From a virus (taxonomy: Duplodnaviria; Caudoviricetes), in the IMG/VR virus record IMGVR_UViG_3300045115_000277, positions 1-62,467 of that record: DNA of 62,467 bases; one strand, written 5' to 3'. Of the stretch, positions 18,113 to 28,895 are shown piece after piece (position 1 is the stretch's first letter; every line of letters starts with the position of its first letter). Both the position numbers and the translations under genes were made by a program. Under the pieces are notes generated by a model. That model was not told the origin of the DNA, searched no databases, and saw only the letters and a program-made list of their open reading frames with translations.

Positions 18113-18556
18113 ATGGCAACGATCATCCATTCCAGGCACGCTTCCGGGACCGTGGCGACGCCCCGGCCGCAAACGGCTGGCGCTGTTCATGTGGCGAAGT
18201 TCCGGCACACTTTCTCGTCGGCGCTGGCTGCGGCCGCCATCCTCGAACTGGGCGTGCTTCCGGCATATGCCCATATCGTGGATTACAAGCTGATCCCCGA
18301 GGGCGACTTCGCGGGCGTTACAGCAAGCGGCGGCATCATGACCGGCGAACTCGGCGCAGACGACGATGCCCGCGATGCGGGCACGGAACTGTTCTCGGCC
18401 GCGACGGCGCTCGATGCCGTCCAGGCACCGGACAAGGCCGCCGCCTACAATGTCGCGCCGGTCGAGCAGGCGCGCGGGATCGGCCTTAAATTCAGCGGTC
18501 AGGTGGTCGCGAACGCGGCCAAGAAGCTGACCCTGATCGTCACCTACACGCAGTAG
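18113..18556 (+). CDS. Virion-associated (capsid decoration-like) protein
   Basis: Strong SD; directly after capsid and before a terminator hairpin. Confidence 0.6.
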   Translation: MATIIHSRHASGTVATPRPQTAGAVHVAKFRHTFSSALAAAAILELGVLPAYAHIVDYKLIPEGDFAGVTASGGIMTGELGADDDARDAGTELFSAATALDAVQAPDKAAAYNVAPVEQARGIGLKFSGQVVANAAKKLTLIVTYTQ

Positions 18557-18563
18557 GCGGCAC

Positions 18564-18601
18564 ACGGCGGGCGCTCTGCACAGCGCCCGCCGTCCCTTTC
18601 C
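18564..18601 (+). terminator. Putative intrinsic terminator/attenuator
   Basis: 12-bp perfect stem ACGGCGGGCGCT/AGCGCCCGCCGT followed by CCCTTTCC (weak U-tract). Confidence 0.6.
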
Positions 18602-18627
18602 CGTCACCCCGCCGGAAGGAGAGCGAC

Positions 18628-19362
18628 ATGCTCATCGAATCCATCATCCGACGCCCCAAGGGCACCAAGGTCGACATGGGCTCGGCCATCTACCATTTCC
18701 TGCCTGATGCCGACGGCCGCCATGTCGCGGAAGTCGAGGACCAAGCTCACATCATCGCCATTCTCGCGATCAAGGAAGGCTATCGGCCAGCCGACGGTTC
18801 GGTCCTCGCCGCAGCCAGCGCAGTGCCCGTAATCGAAGGCCCGTTCTTCATCGTTCGCGGCCCGCAGGACATCGAAGCCTTTGGCGATTGGGCGCGCGCC
18901 ATCCCCGAGATGCAGGACGATCCGGCCGAGTTCGTGCTGCTGATCGACAAGATCGCTGCCGGCGAAGCGAGCCTGGGCGGCTACGCGTTCCCCGCCAACG
19001 AAATCCCTTCGCCTGCGAGCGCGAGCGCAGGCACGCGGGCGGCGCGGGACACTTCTCCCCCGCCGCCGCCCGCGACCACCATTCTCCCCACAGCCCAGAG
19101 CCAGCAGGACTCCCGCATTGACGGCGGTTCGCAGTCTGCTGGTGAAGGCGGAGCCGGCGCGGCGGGTGGCGCCGGCTCCGAAACCGCCGAGGAAGAGGAC
19201 GGCGAGGAGGAGGAGGAGGAGGCGGAAGCCGAAGCGAGCGGCGAACTCGACCGGGAAGCGCTCGCCAAGGAGTATAGCGAGCTCGTCGGTCATCGCCCCA
19301 ACGGCAAATGGTCGGCCGAGAAGATCGCAGCCGCGATCGCCGAAGTGAAGGCGCAGGGCTGA
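18628..19362 (+). CDS. Hypothetical virion-associated protein
   Basis: AAGGAG SD; MLIESIIRRPKGT...; acidic linker. Confidence 0.65.
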   Translation: MLIESIIRRPKGTKVDMGSAIYHFLPDADGRHVAEVEDQAHIIAILAIKEGYRPADGSVLAAASAVPVIEGPFFIVRGPQDIEAFGDWARAIPEMQDDPAEFVLLIDKIAAGEASLGGYAFPANEIPSPASASAGTRAARDTSPPPPPATTILPTAQSQQDSRIDGGSQSAGEGGAGAAGGAGSETAEEEDGEEEEEEAEAEASGELDREALAKEYSELVGHRPNGKWSAEKIAAAIAEVKAQG

Positions 19363-19366
19363 TCCC

Positions 19367-20071
19367 ATGGCGCTGGCTTCGGAAGTGCTGGATCGGGCGC
19401 GCCGGCTGATCCAGGACGAAACCAGCGTCCGCTGGCCGCTTGTCGAGCTCTGTCTGTGGCTCGACGACGGACAGCGGGAAATCGCGCTCCAAAAGCCTTC
19501 CGCGATCAGTTCCAATGTCGTCCTGCCGCTCCAGCGCGGCACCCTCCAGACCATCCCGGACGAGGCGATCGCGTTGATGCGCGTCGTCCGCAACATCGCC
19601 TCCGTCGAGGAAGGTGGTCTGCGCAATCCCGGACCCGTCATTCGCATCTGCGCCCGTGACATGCTCGACGCGCAGAACCGCAACTGGCACGAGGATCGCG
19701 ACGTGCGGTTCTCGCGGACCGTGAAGCACTACGTCTATGACGAGGAGGACACGCGCTCTTTCTACGTCTACCCCGGGAATGACGGAACCGGACTTGTCGA
19801 GGCGGTGCTGTCCCTCGATCCCGTAAAGATCGAGCCGTTGCGCGGCGGCGACGCCGAGGATCTTGAGAGCTACGCGGTCGAGCTCACCCTGCCCGGCATC
19901 TACATCAACGCGCTCGTCGATTATGTCTGCTACAAGGCCTATGCGAAGGACGCGCTTGTCGCCGGTGCCGCCCAGCGCGCCGCGCTCCACTATCAGCAGT
20001 TCGCGAACGCAGTCGGGATCAAGGTCAATCAGGAAGCCCTGAAAAGCCCGAACCACACCGGGGCCGCCTGA
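19367..20071 (+). CDS. Head-tail adaptor-like protein
   Basis: LIQDETSVRW...WLDDGQREI...FYVYP...ALVDYVCYKAYAKD. Confidence 0.7.
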   Translation: MALASEVLDRARRLIQDETSVRWPLVELCLWLDDGQREIALQKPSAISSNVVLPLQRGTLQTIPDEAIALMRVVRNIASVEEGGLRNPGPVIRICARDMLDAQNRNWHEDRDVRFSRTVKHYVYDEEDTRSFYVYPGNDGTGLVEAVLSLDPVKIEPLRGGDAEDLESYAVELTLPGIYINALVDYVCYKAYAKDALVAGAAQRAALHYQQFANAVGIKVNQEALKSPNHTGAA

Positions 20072-20664
20072 TGCGCGAGCTTGCCGACTTTCTCCGCTGG
20101 GTGATGCCCTATGCAACCGCTTGCCCAGAACCCGTGGCCGAGAGCCACATCCTCGATGCCGCGCGCGAGTTCTGCGCGGCCACGCGATGCTGGCGGTTCG
20201 TGGACACGATCGTGGTCAAGGCCGATGACCGGGCGATCCTTTGCGTTCCGCCGGGCGCGAGCCTGCACGAGATCGAGGAAGCGCGCTTCGCTGGACGATC
20301 CCTCGACCGGATCGCGTATACCGACATCGACCACGGCGAAGGCGAGCCGCACGCGATCAGCCAGATCGACATGAACAGCGTTGCCCTTGTGCCCCATCGC
20401 GCCGGCACGCTCGACATCTCCCTCTTCCTCACGCCCGCTGTTCATGCCGATCAGCTGCCTGACATCCTCTACGACCGTTGGGCCAGGACCATCGCCGACG
20501 GCGCGCTTGCTTCCATCCTCGAATTGCCAGGCCAACCCTACACTGACGTGGGCGCGGCGGCCGCGCGGCGCGCGCGGTTCGAGCAGGCGAAGGACAGCAA
20601 CTTCAACGCCAGCAAGCGAGGCCAGCAGCGTGCCCCCGTCCGAACTCGACCCCGCTTCCTCTGA
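20071..20664 (+). CDS. Second adaptor / tail tubular-like protein
   Basis: VMPYATACPEP...AAREFC...IADGALASIL; TGATG overlap. Confidence 0.6.
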   Translation: MRELADFLRWVMPYATACPEPVAESHILDAAREFCAATRCWRFVDTIVVKADDRAILCVPPGASLHEIEEARFAGRSLDRIAYTDIDHGEGEPHAISQIDMNSVALVPHRAGTLDISLFLTPAVHADQLPDILYDRWARTIADGALASILELPGQPYTDVGAAAARRARFEQAKDSNFNASKRGQQRAPVRTRPRFL

Positions 20665-20749
20665 AAGCGCCCCCTTCACGGCCTCGCCCACGCCCTACAC
20701 GCGCCTGCCTCACGCGCCCGACCGGGAGGTGCGTGACCGCGGTGGCGAC

Positions 20750-21397
20750 ATGGCGGAACTGCACGACAAGCGCGGCGAACAGCGCCTGTTCTATTTCATC
20801 GACATGCGCCCTTATCTGCATGATGGCGAGAGCGTGGTGGCGGCAAGCGCCACCGTCGATCCGGTGTCCGAGCCGGAAATGCAGATCCAGCGCATGGAAT
20901 ATGCTGCCGACGCGGTGCTGGTCTGGCTCTCGGGCGGCAGGGACGCGGAACGCTACCTCGTCCGTGCCTCAGTCAGGACCAGCGGTCGGCGAACCTGGCT
21001 CATCACCTTCGCCGTCGTCACGCATGGGGACGCGGAGCCGGGCGAGGTCATCCTGCTTAGCGCGGAGCAGCTGAGCGACGGCGTTGCAGCCGGCGTCGCG
21101 CCGCAGCTAATGGCCTCGCCGCCCTCCGTGACGTTCCCCGACACCGCAGCCGGCGCGACATCCGCGCCGGTCGCTGTCAGCATTTCCAACATCGGCAGCG
21201 CGCCCGCCACGGTGCGATCGATCACGCTCACCGGGCCATTCGCTTTCACGAGCGACGCCGAAGGACGGCTGGACGCGGGCGAGGACTTCACGCTGCTCGT
21301 CCGGTTCAAGCCCCTTGCTCGCGGCTCGGCAACCGGGATACTCACCGTGGCCGGAAATGTCAGCGCAACCTTAGCTCTTTCGGGGCGCGCGACTTAG
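20750..21397 (+). CDS. Tail-fibre adaptor domain plus Ig-like (ASH/choice-of-anchor) domain
   Basis: VWLSGG...Y...TSGR motif, then SVTFPDT...ISNIGSAP...VRFKP...TGILTV. Confidence 0.6.
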   Translation: MAELHDKRGEQRLFYFIDMRPYLHDGESVVAASATVDPVSEPEMQIQRMEYAADAVLVWLSGGRDAERYLVRASVRTSGRRTWLITFAVVTHGDAEPGEVILLSAEQLSDGVAAGVAPQLMASPPSVTFPDTAAGATSAPVAVSISNIGSAPATVRSITLTGPFAFTSDAEGRLDAGEDFTLLVRFKPLARGSATGILTVAGNVSATLALSGRAT

Positions 21398-21399
21398 GC

Positions 21400-21452
21400 T
21401 ATAATGGTCCGGCAATCGCGCATGAGTGCGGTCTTATTCAAAGGCTGCGCAC
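21400..21452 (+). promoter_or_regulatory. Tailspike leader: TATAAT, box 21418-21428, 10-bp anti-SD stem
   Basis: GUGCGGUCUU 21426-35 can pair with AAGGCUGCGC 21441-50; ATG at 21453. Confidence 0.75.
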
Positions 21453-24176
21453 ATGCCCATTCTCGAAGGCTCTTCCTACGCGTCGTTCCTGATCCGCCTG
21501 TCACAGGCGGCGGACGAGATCGTCTCTGTTCAGTGGGCCACGGAGAAGGTGACGGCCGTTCCGGGCGTCGATTATGCCGACGCGAGCGGAACCGTCGAGT
21601 TCCTGCCGGGCGAGACGGAAAAGACCGTGCAGGTGCTCGTATACGGCCGCGCGCCGGGCGACACCAGCGAGCGCACCTTCCGCATCCGCGTTTTTCCCGC
21701 GCCCGACGTCATCCTGGGCGCGTCGATGCTGAACGCCGTGATCCGCGTCATCAACCAAGCCGGGGCGATCGTGACGGCCGTCACCGTGGCGAACGGGCCG
21801 GATGGCTTGAGCGCCTTCGAGCAGGCGAAGCTCCAGGGCTACGTCGGGACGCTGGCCGAATGGCTCGCGTCGCTCAAGGGCGAGGAGGGACGAGCCGCTA
21901 CGACCCAGATGTTCGAAGCGGGCCTCATTGATGCCGACGACGCCGAGGCTCTGTTCGCGCGCCTCGCTGCGACCGGCGGGCCCGCAGGCGGCTGGTATAA
22001 CAGCCTTGAAGCGGGCGCGGCCGATGTCGATGAAGGCGAAGGCTACTATGTCGCCACGCCCGAGGGTGACTTCTTCGCCGCGCAGAAGGTGGATGGCGTA
22101 GGTCGCAAGATCGTCGTCTTCGCTACCCACGCATCGTTCCGTAACAACGGCATCAACCTCTTTGACGAGGCGGTGGGCGATGGCGTGACGCTCGACCACG
22201 ACGCGCTGAACGACGTGATCGAGACGGCAAAGAACTGGGGTGTGGGCCTCATCAACTGCGGCGGCGCAGGCAAAACCTATCTGATCGGCGGCACGCCGGC
22301 GAAGGTCGACGCCAATGACGGCCAGAACCGCTATCTGGCTCGGCTCTTCTCCAACCTCACGTTCCGCGGCAACGGCCCTGGCTCCCGGCCGACGTTCAAG
22401 ATGAAGGGCGGCTATGAGCATCCCGGCGTCTTGTTCGGCGATCGCTGGTGGGATGGAGAGACGGTCGAGAATATCGCCTTCGAGAATATCGCCTTCGACG
22501 GCAACATGGCCGCGCAGATCATCCCCAACTATCCGGTCGGAACGCCCGACAACAATATCGACCAGCATCAGCGCGCGATCGGCCTGCTGCGGGCGAAGAA
22601 CCTGCATGTGCGCAATTGCCTGTTCCGCCATTGGCGCGGCGATGGCGTCGCCATGTCGACCTACACCTATGTCGATGATGATGACCCCATCACCTATTCG
22701 AGCCAGCTGACTGTCGAGGATTGCGAGTTCTTCGACATCTTCTCGATCGGGATCAGCTTCGACGGCTTCCAGATGCGGTCGCGCGGCAACTATTTCCACG
22801 GTGACGGCTACTGGGTCGGTGCCATCAGCTGCGAGAGCCTTTCAACGCGCGGCCGCATTCAGGAAATCTGGTCGATCGCCGACTATTTCGACTTTCGGGA
22901 CGGCCTCTCGCCCACGGCGGCAACGGTGCGCGACTATGCCACCAATTCAGCCCAGGCGCTCGCTGCGCGGCGGCACTTCCGCCCGGCGATCGCGCTTTCG
23001 GGCAATTACTACACGCAGAACCCCGGCAACGTCTTTGGCGGGCAGTTCGGTCGTGTCAGCATCATACACCCGAAGGTCCGGCAAGGCAGCATCCTTGCGG
23101 GCGGATTCGAACGCGTGTTCATCGACGCGCCGGACATCGAAAACACCTACGAAGACATCTCGAAAATCTGGCCCTCGCGGCCCCACGCCATCACCATCAC
23201 GCCGGCCGCCGGCGCGAACGCTGTCACCGGCCTGTCGAGGGCGATCGTCCGCAATGCGGTCATCAACCATGATCTGAGCTACCACGGCATCTATGCGTCG
23301 GCGATCGACGACATCGAGATCAGCGGCGGCAGCATCACCGGCCCGCGCACGGCGGCGATCCGGCTGGAGGACTGCGCGGGCTCCGTCTCCAATATCAAGA
23401 TCGCGGACTATGGCCTGAAGACCAACCGCGCCTACTGGCTCCCGCTCTTCGCGAACGAAGGCGGCATGACCCAGGATCAGAAGAACGCCGCGGCCGACGC
23501 GCTTGTCGGCTCGACCGGCGCTGCCGTGACGCTCTTCGGCTCGAAGGGCGACATCACGATCAGCGATGTGCGCGCGCTCGACACGCGGACCGGCGATGCC
23601 GTTAAGTCGGAATATGCGGTCTACGCCAATGTCGACACCAGCGACATTGTGCGGATCCGCGACGTCAACGCGCGGGGCATGCTCGCCATCAAGGACGTCA
23701 ACAATGCCGCCCTCGTGAGCGGTGTGATGGAGAACACATTCCGGGTCTGGAAGACGAACGCCAAGGTGGAGATCGGCGGCGGGCTGACGAGCTACGGCAA
23801 CCCCGAATTCATCAACGCGGCCGACGATCTCAGCGTCAAGCTGCGCGCGCCCCAGGCGAAGAACCGGACGCTCTCGTTCGTCGACGAGAACGATCATCTC
23901 GAAGCGCAAATCGTGCACACGGCCGACGGCACGCTCCAGATGGTCATGTTCAACGACGGGACGCCGGTCAACGCGCCTCTCGCTCTGCGCATCGACGGCA
24001 CCATGAAGGCCAACTGGACGTGGGAGACCCCGCTCCAGCTGATTGCCGATGCCGGCGACATGTCGTTCTGGCTCTGGGCAGACGACGACAAAAGGTTGCG
24101 CATCAAAAGCGCCCGGCCGGCCGGCAGCACGGACGGCGAACTGGTCGGCGATCAGACCGACACTCCCACACCATAA
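21453..24176 (+). CDS. Tailspike 1: Calx-beta domain plus right-handed beta-helix (depolymerase-like)
   Basis: ATEKVTAVPGVDY...GTVEFLPGETEKTVQV; AVGDGVTLDHDALN; NIAFDGN beta-helix rungs. Confidence 0.8.
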   Translation: MPILEGSSYASFLIRLSQAADEIVSVQWATEKVTAVPGVDYADASGTVEFLPGETEKTVQVLVYGRAPGDTSERTFRIRVFPAPDVILGASMLNAVIRVINQAGAIVTAVTVANGPDGLSAFEQAKLQGYVGTLAEWLASLKGEEGRAATTQMFEAGLIDADDAEALFARLAATGGPAGGWYNSLEAGAADVDEGEGYYVATPEGDFFAAQKVDGVGRKIVVFATHASFRNNGINLFDEAVGDGVTLDHDALNDVIETAKNWGVGLINCGGAGKTYLIGGTPAKVDANDGQNRYLARLFSNLTFRGNGPGSRPTFKMKGGYEHPGVLFGDRWWDGETVENIAFENIAFDGNMAAQIIPNYPVGTPDNNIDQHQRAIGLLRAKNLHVRNCLFRHWRGDGVAMSTYTYVDDDDPITYSSQLTVEDCEFFDIFSIGISFDGFQMRSRGNYFHGDGYWVGAISCESLSTRGRIQEIWSIADYFDFRDGLSPTAATVRDYATNSAQALAARRHFRPAIALSGNYYTQNPGNVFGGQFGRVSIIHPKVRQGSILAGGFERVFIDAPDIENTYEDISKIWPSRPHAITITPAAGANAVTGLSRAIVRNAVINHDLSYHGIYASAIDDIEISGGSITGPRTAAIRLEDCAGSVSNIKIADYGLKTNRAYWLPLFANEGGMTQDQKNAAADALVGSTGAAVTLFGSKGDITISDVRALDTRTGDAVKSEYAVYANVDTSDIVRIRDVNARGMLAIKDVNNAALVSGVMENTFRVWKTNAKVEIGGGLTSYGNPEFINAADDLSVKLRAPQAKNRTLSFVDENDHLEAQIVHTADGTLQMVMFNDGTPVNAPLALRIDGTMKANWTWETPLQLIADAGDMSFWLWADDDKRLRIKSARPAGSTDGELVGDQTDTPTP

Positions 24177-24188
24177 GGCGGCGGAACG

Positions 24189-27100
24189 ATGGAAGATTAC
24201 ACGAGTGCATCTGGCAGGCTGATCCGGCTCATTGTTTCTCAAGTCGCTTCAGCCGGCGCCGCCAGCTTCAGAGAGACTTTTGAACAAGCCCTTGCTCTGC
24301 CGATGGGGGCGTACTTTTCCAGCGCCGCTACTGGCCGTATGCGGCTTTACAAGCGCGTGCCTGCTGCTCCCGGCTACAATGATCTGGGCGACACTGCCGC
24401 CACCTTGTTCGCCGAGACCGCGAAACAGTTCAGGGACGAGGCGGCGCAAGCAGCCGAGCAGGCAGCGTTGAGTGCTCAGGAGTCAGCCACCGCTGTTCAG
24501 GACAGGCTGCTCTCGCTCCCGACTGACCAGGTTCTTGCGGGGACCGAACTGCCGGATGATGTGCGGGTCATGCGCACCGAAGGGCGGACGGCGGCAGGCG
24601 ATGGCGGTGGTGGCGTCAATCTGTTCTCGATCGTCGAGCCCGACCATCCTGGGAAGATCCAGGATGGTGGAGGAAACTGGTGGGAGTTTCTCGATGAAGC
24701 TCCCAACGTCGAGCGGTTCCTGAACATTGATGATGCGCAGCAATGGTCCGCCTATTCCCGGCGACCCGTCAATATGCGACCGGAAACCGACTATCGCACG
24801 CCCGGCCGCCTCGTCATGCAGGAGGGCGCCAAGCTCATCTGCGCTGAGGGCGACTATAATTTCGTCACCTTCCGCGCGCCGATGGAAGATGGCGGCGAAC
24901 GGTTGCGGTCAATGGCGCGCATCCTGCCGCCCGATGGCCTCGATCAGGACTTTCTAACCTTCGGGGCCGACGCCTATAATGCCTTTTTAGGCGGCGTTTA
25001 TATCGACGCACGGCAGATGACGGGCGGCGCAGTCGTCGCATGGGAAGGCGCGGACTGGAACCCGCGAACCCAGGCGACGCTGCGCCACGTCATGGTTCGT
25101 GGTTATGGTGCCGGCGTCGGCGTGCATGTGCCGGGAACCGCGAACGAACCCAAGCTGCACAAGGTGACAGCGATCAATTGCGGCACGGGGTTCCTGTTCG
25201 AGGGCGGCGACATCGAGGCCAATTTCGTGTCCGCGCCTTACAACGACATCGGCATCCACATGCTGGCGACGCGCGGCCGGTTGCGCAGCCTCGCGCTGGA
25301 GGCGTGGGAATGTGAACGCAATTTCCTGCTGGAAGGGGCGATCGCCGACGCGGACATTACCAGCCTGATTTCCGACACGTCGGGCCGGCATGGCGTCGAA
25401 GTCAGGGCGCGAGCGGGGGAACCCGCGCCGCGCATGACGATCGAGCGCTTGCAGATCAGCAACAGCGCCCATGGCGACGGGTCCGACGGTCTGTTCGACG
25501 ATTATTTCGAGGACTTCTCGGCCGCGTTCAGCGAGGCGGGCCGGATCAAGATTTTGGCCGCCAACATGACCGGGGGCAAGGCGCGCTACCGGGTGAACGG
25601 CGTCTATAATGCGAACAACGGCTTCAACGCCATGGCCGCGCCGTCCTGCTTTAGGCAGGCCGAATTGAGCAGTGGCGCGGGCGAGGCGTTGAGCCTGGCC
25701 GCGCGAAAGCATGTCGATCTTGTCGGCTGGGAATTTTACAACGGCACTTACCGGCCCTTGGCCACGGTCGGGTCGCCGACCGGCTGGCATAACCTCATCG
25801 CGAACGGCGACTTCGACCTGTGGGCCGCCGCGCGGCCGCTCGACATCGCGCCCGCCGGCAGCGCCGTGCTGGCCCGCGAAACCGACGCGGACTTTGTTGT
25901 GGGCACCGGCAGTTCGCTCAAGATCACGGCCGGCGCGTCTGTCGGCGATGGCGCGGAATTTTTCGTTCCGAACGCCCAGCGCTATCGCGGCAAGGTGATG
26001 ACCGCGCTTGCCTCCGTCCTCACGTTCGGCGTGGAGGCGACGGAATATAATACGCGCGTGCAGGTGCATGTGAACGGGTCGTTGCTGGTCGATGCGGACG
26101 GCCCGTGCGAGCAGATCATCCAGCCCAAGTCCGGCTTCCAGCAGGGGCGCGTCGCCTTCCTCGTGCCCGACGATGCGGAGTTCATCAGCCTCAAGGTCAC
26201 GCCCGCGGCCGTCGCCGCAGCGCCGGGACGCAGCATCTGGACGGACAAGTGGTCGCTGTTCGAGGGGGCGGCGACCGACATGCCGGTGCCGGCGCATCCA
26301 ATGTCCGATACCGGCTGGACCGACTATGCGCTGGAGCCATTCGAGGATGACCTGGCCGCGATCGACCTGCGTTTCTGCGGCGACCGGATCAAGCTGTCGG
26401 CCGCCGCACCGGTCAAGCTGGTCGGCCTCTCAAACCGCGCCGCGAGCGCGGAAATCACCGTCGAGTTTCAGGACAGCAACGTCACGCTGATGACGTTCAG
26501 CGATACGCTCAAGCGCGCGGACGGGCTGGACGCGCCGTTCCCCATTCCGGCCGGCGCTGTGTTGAAATTCGTGCTGAATGGCTCGGTGTGGAAGGCGAGC
26601 ATGCCCGAGACGCAGCAGCGCGCCCTGGTGCCGACGCTGCTCGGCGCGGTGGGCGATGGCGCGTCGGACGCGGATCAGGTTGCGTTCCAGCTGGTGCTGG
26701 ACAAGCTGGCGGCAAGCCGTGCGCCCGCACCGGGATACAGCCATGGCTATACCGACGTCACAAACGGCGTGCTCATCAAGCCTGGCACTTATAATCTGGG
26801 CGACTTCTTGCTGGCAGATAATCAGTCCGTCAACATGGTAGCAGAAGTTGATGGCACCGTGACAATCATGGTGCCCGCAGACAAATATTTCATGACCCTC
26901 CCCGGCCGGGTCAACGAATTTAAGGTGCAGGGCATCAAGTTCGTCGGCGGCAGAGGGGCGTTCAAGTTCAGCAACACCGGCAACAACGTCAACCTGCTGC
27001 ACATCTTCAAGAATTGTCGCTTTATCGATTACAGCGAATGTGCGGTCCAGAACAGCAGCGACGATCATCCCGGCTTGACCTTCGAGGACAACGTTCTTTC

Positions 27101-28895
27101 GGGCGCGGAAGGCCATGAGACGGTCGGCCTCGCCTGGGGCGGCTTCCTCGACAGCTGCGCGATCACCAATAACAATTTTCTGCGCAACGCCTATCATTTG
27201 GCGATCGGCCCGCGCCTCTCGGGCACGGCGCGGATTGAGGGCAACGGCTTCCTCTCGTTCGGCGATCCGACCGGCATCAACCGGACGAAGGCGGACATCT
27301 GGATCAAGCCGAACGTCGATGCCGGCGGCTTCGGCGTGAACAGTGGGTTCGCGACGCTTATCCGGTCGAACAAGTTCGGAAACGAAAATCAGCTGGCATC
27401 ATCTCCACGCATCCTGATAGCCAATGAGGGCGGCCCGGGCAGCGGCGGCGATCGCGGCACGCAGCGCCCGGCCACAACCGATATCGGTTATGTATCCGGT
27501 CTCATCTTCGACAATAACCGCTTCTCCGGCATTGGCGGCCTCAATGCCCCGCTAATTCGATCCTACATTACCACGGGTTTGCGGCAGATTTCGTGGAAAC
27601 AAGGCAACAAGTTCGACGGCGGCACCTATACGCGGATCGTCGAATTCGCCAACGCCAAGCCCGATGCCGACTATGCCGACACGAACAGCATGTTCGAGTT
27701 CGGGGTGGCTGACGTCGCAGCCGGCAGTTCGCCGCCCGCCTATGAATTTTCCAATGCGCATTTCGCGCACCTCTACGATCGCGCCTGTTTCTGGCCTGGC
27801 GATCCCAACGCGGTCGAGGTGTATCCGACATCGACGGCCGCCACGCTGCTCGCCTCCGCGCTCAATCCTGTCGGGATCGATCGCAACGGCAGCACAACGC
27901 TAATCAACCGCGTGGCTGATCCGGCGGGCGGGACCGATGTGGCGATCTTCCAGTCGGGTGCGAATGAGCCGATGCTCACGAAGACGTTCACGGCCCCGGC
28001 GGTGGGCGGGATGGTCTGGATCGACCTGATGCTAGGCCGCGCCGCCAGTCGCGCTTTGGATGCGGTTAAAATCGAAGTCCGCAACTTCTCGGGTAGCCGC
28101 TTCGCCTTCCAGCGCCACATCACTGTTCCAGCGAACATCAGCCGCGTCTGTGTCCCAATGTTGATCCCCCCGATGGCGAACCCGGCGGACTGGCAGCTAC
28201 GCATCCTTCCAATCGGCTATGCTTCTGGCACGAAAGACAGGGTAGTGACGGGCTGGTGGACGATCAGCTCCGGTCCAGCCCCGATCAGCCGGAAGGCCGC
28301 GCTCGATCGTTGGCCACTGCTGCCCCCTAACAGGGCGATGCTGGGAGCAGTGGCTGGAACCCCTGGTACGCTGCCGCTAGGCTGGTCCGCACAGGGCAGC
28401 GGTGGTCTCGCTGGGATCAGCACGTCCGTCATCAAGGCTGGGGCTGATGCCAACGGACCATTCATAGATTTGCGCGTCAACGGCACGGCCACCACCGGCG
28501 GCCTGCTTTACATCAGCTATGCACCGATGCTGGCAATCGAGCATGACGGCTCATCGAGCAGCTGGGCGCACGAGGTCGCTCTGCGCCTGATTGCAGGCGG
28601 CTACGCCGGCCTCACGTCCACAACCACGGCAGGCGAGGGACGCGAGGGCGGTACGTCCGGCCCGATCGGCATCGGCATCCGACGCCTGACTGACGTGGGC
28701 GGCTACATATCCGAGGTCGAATATTTCTACACGCCGACCACCGATTATGCCCTCTATGGCAAGCCCGACATTACCTCGAGCAATGCAGGGACCAAGGTTA
28801 TTCAGCCCGTCATTCAGCTGGTCATCCCGGTCACGGGCACGGCGATCGACTTCACGCTCCGCATCTATGCACCCCAGTTTCGGCGGATCACATGA
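24189..28895 (+). CDS. Tailspike 2: multi-module beta-helix / carbohydrate-binding protein
   Basis: GRTAAGDGGGG; NLIANGDF CBM-like start; second GAVGDGASDADQVAFQ beta-helix entry. Confidence 0.75.
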   Translation: MEDYTSASGRLIRLIVSQVASAGAASFRETFEQALALPMGAYFSSAATGRMRLYKRVPAAPGYNDLGDTAATLFAETAKQFRDEAAQAAEQAALSAQESATAVQDRLLSLPTDQVLAGTELPDDVRVMRTEGRTAAGDGGGGVNLFSIVEPDHPGKIQDGGGNWWEFLDEAPNVERFLNIDDAQQWSAYSRRPVNMRPETDYRTPGRLVMQEGAKLICAEGDYNFVTFRAPMEDGGERLRSMARILPPDGLDQDFLTFGADAYNAFLGGVYIDARQMTGGAVVAWEGADWNPRTQATLRHVMVRGYGAGVGVHVPGTANEPKLHKVTAINCGTGFLFEGGDIEANFVSAPYNDIGIHMLATRGRLRSLALEAWECERNFLLEGAIADADITSLISDTSGRHGVEVRARAGEPAPRMTIERLQISNSAHGDGSDGLFDDYFEDFSAAFSEAGRIKILAANMTGGKARYRVNGVYNANNGFNAMAAPSCFRQAELSSGAGEALSLAARKHVDLVGWEFYNGTYRPLATVGSPTGWHNLIANGDFDLWAAARPLDIAPAGSAVLARETDADFVVGTGSSLKITAGASVGDGAEFFVPNAQRYRGKVMTALASVLTFGVEATEYNTRVQVHVNGSLLVDADGPCEQIIQPKSGFQQGRVAFLVPDDAEFISLKVTPAAVAAAPGRSIWTDKWSLFEGAATDMPVPAHPMSDTGWTDYALEPFEDDLAAIDLRFCGDRIKLSAAAPVKLVGLSNRAASAEITVEFQDSNVTLMTFSDTLKRADGLDAPFPIPAGAVLKFVLNGSVWKASMPETQQRALVPTLLGAVGDGASDADQVAFQLVLDKLAASRAPAPGYSHGYTDVTNGVLIKPGTYNLGDFLLADNQSVNMVAEVDGTVTIMVPADKYFMTLPGRVNEFKVQGIKFVGGRGAFKFSNTGNNVNLLHIFKNCRFIDYSECAVQNSSDDHPGLTFEDNVLSGAEGHETVGLAWGGFLDSCAITNNNFLRNAYHLAIGPRLSGTARIEGNGFLSFGDPTGINRTKADIWIKPNVDAGGFGVNSGFATLIRSNKFGNENQLASSPRILIANEGGPGSGGDRGTQRPATTDIGYVSGLIFDNNRFSGIGGLNAPLIRSYITTGLRQISWKQGNKFDGGTYTRIVEFANAKPDADYADTNSMFEFGVADVAAGSSPPAYEFSNAHFAHLYDRACFWPGDPNAVEVYPTSTAATLLASALNPVGIDRNGSTTLINRVADPAGGTDVAIFQSGANEPMLTKTFTAPAVGGMVWIDLMLGRAASRALDAVKIEVRNFSGSRFAFQRHITVPANISRVCVPMLIPPMANPADWQLRILPIGYASGTKDRVVTGWWTISSGPAPISRKAALDRWPLLPPNRAMLGAVAGTPGTLPLGWSAQGSGGLAGISTSVIKAGADANGPFIDLRVNGTATTGGLLYISYAPMLAIEHDGSSSSWAHEVALRLIAGGYAGLTSTTTAGEGREGGTSGPIGIGIRRLTDVGGYISEVEYFYTPTTDYALYGKPDITSSNAGTKVIQPVIQLVIPVTGTAIDFTLRIYAPQFRRIT

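Noticed and set aside
22465-22498. 15-bp tandem duplication (ENIAF-ENIAF)
   Set aside because: In-frame beta-helix rung repeat; no sign of a variable locus
24199-24208. ACACGAGTGC near the start of tailspike 2 as a degenerate box
   Set aside because: Several mismatches and within coding sequence; insufficient support
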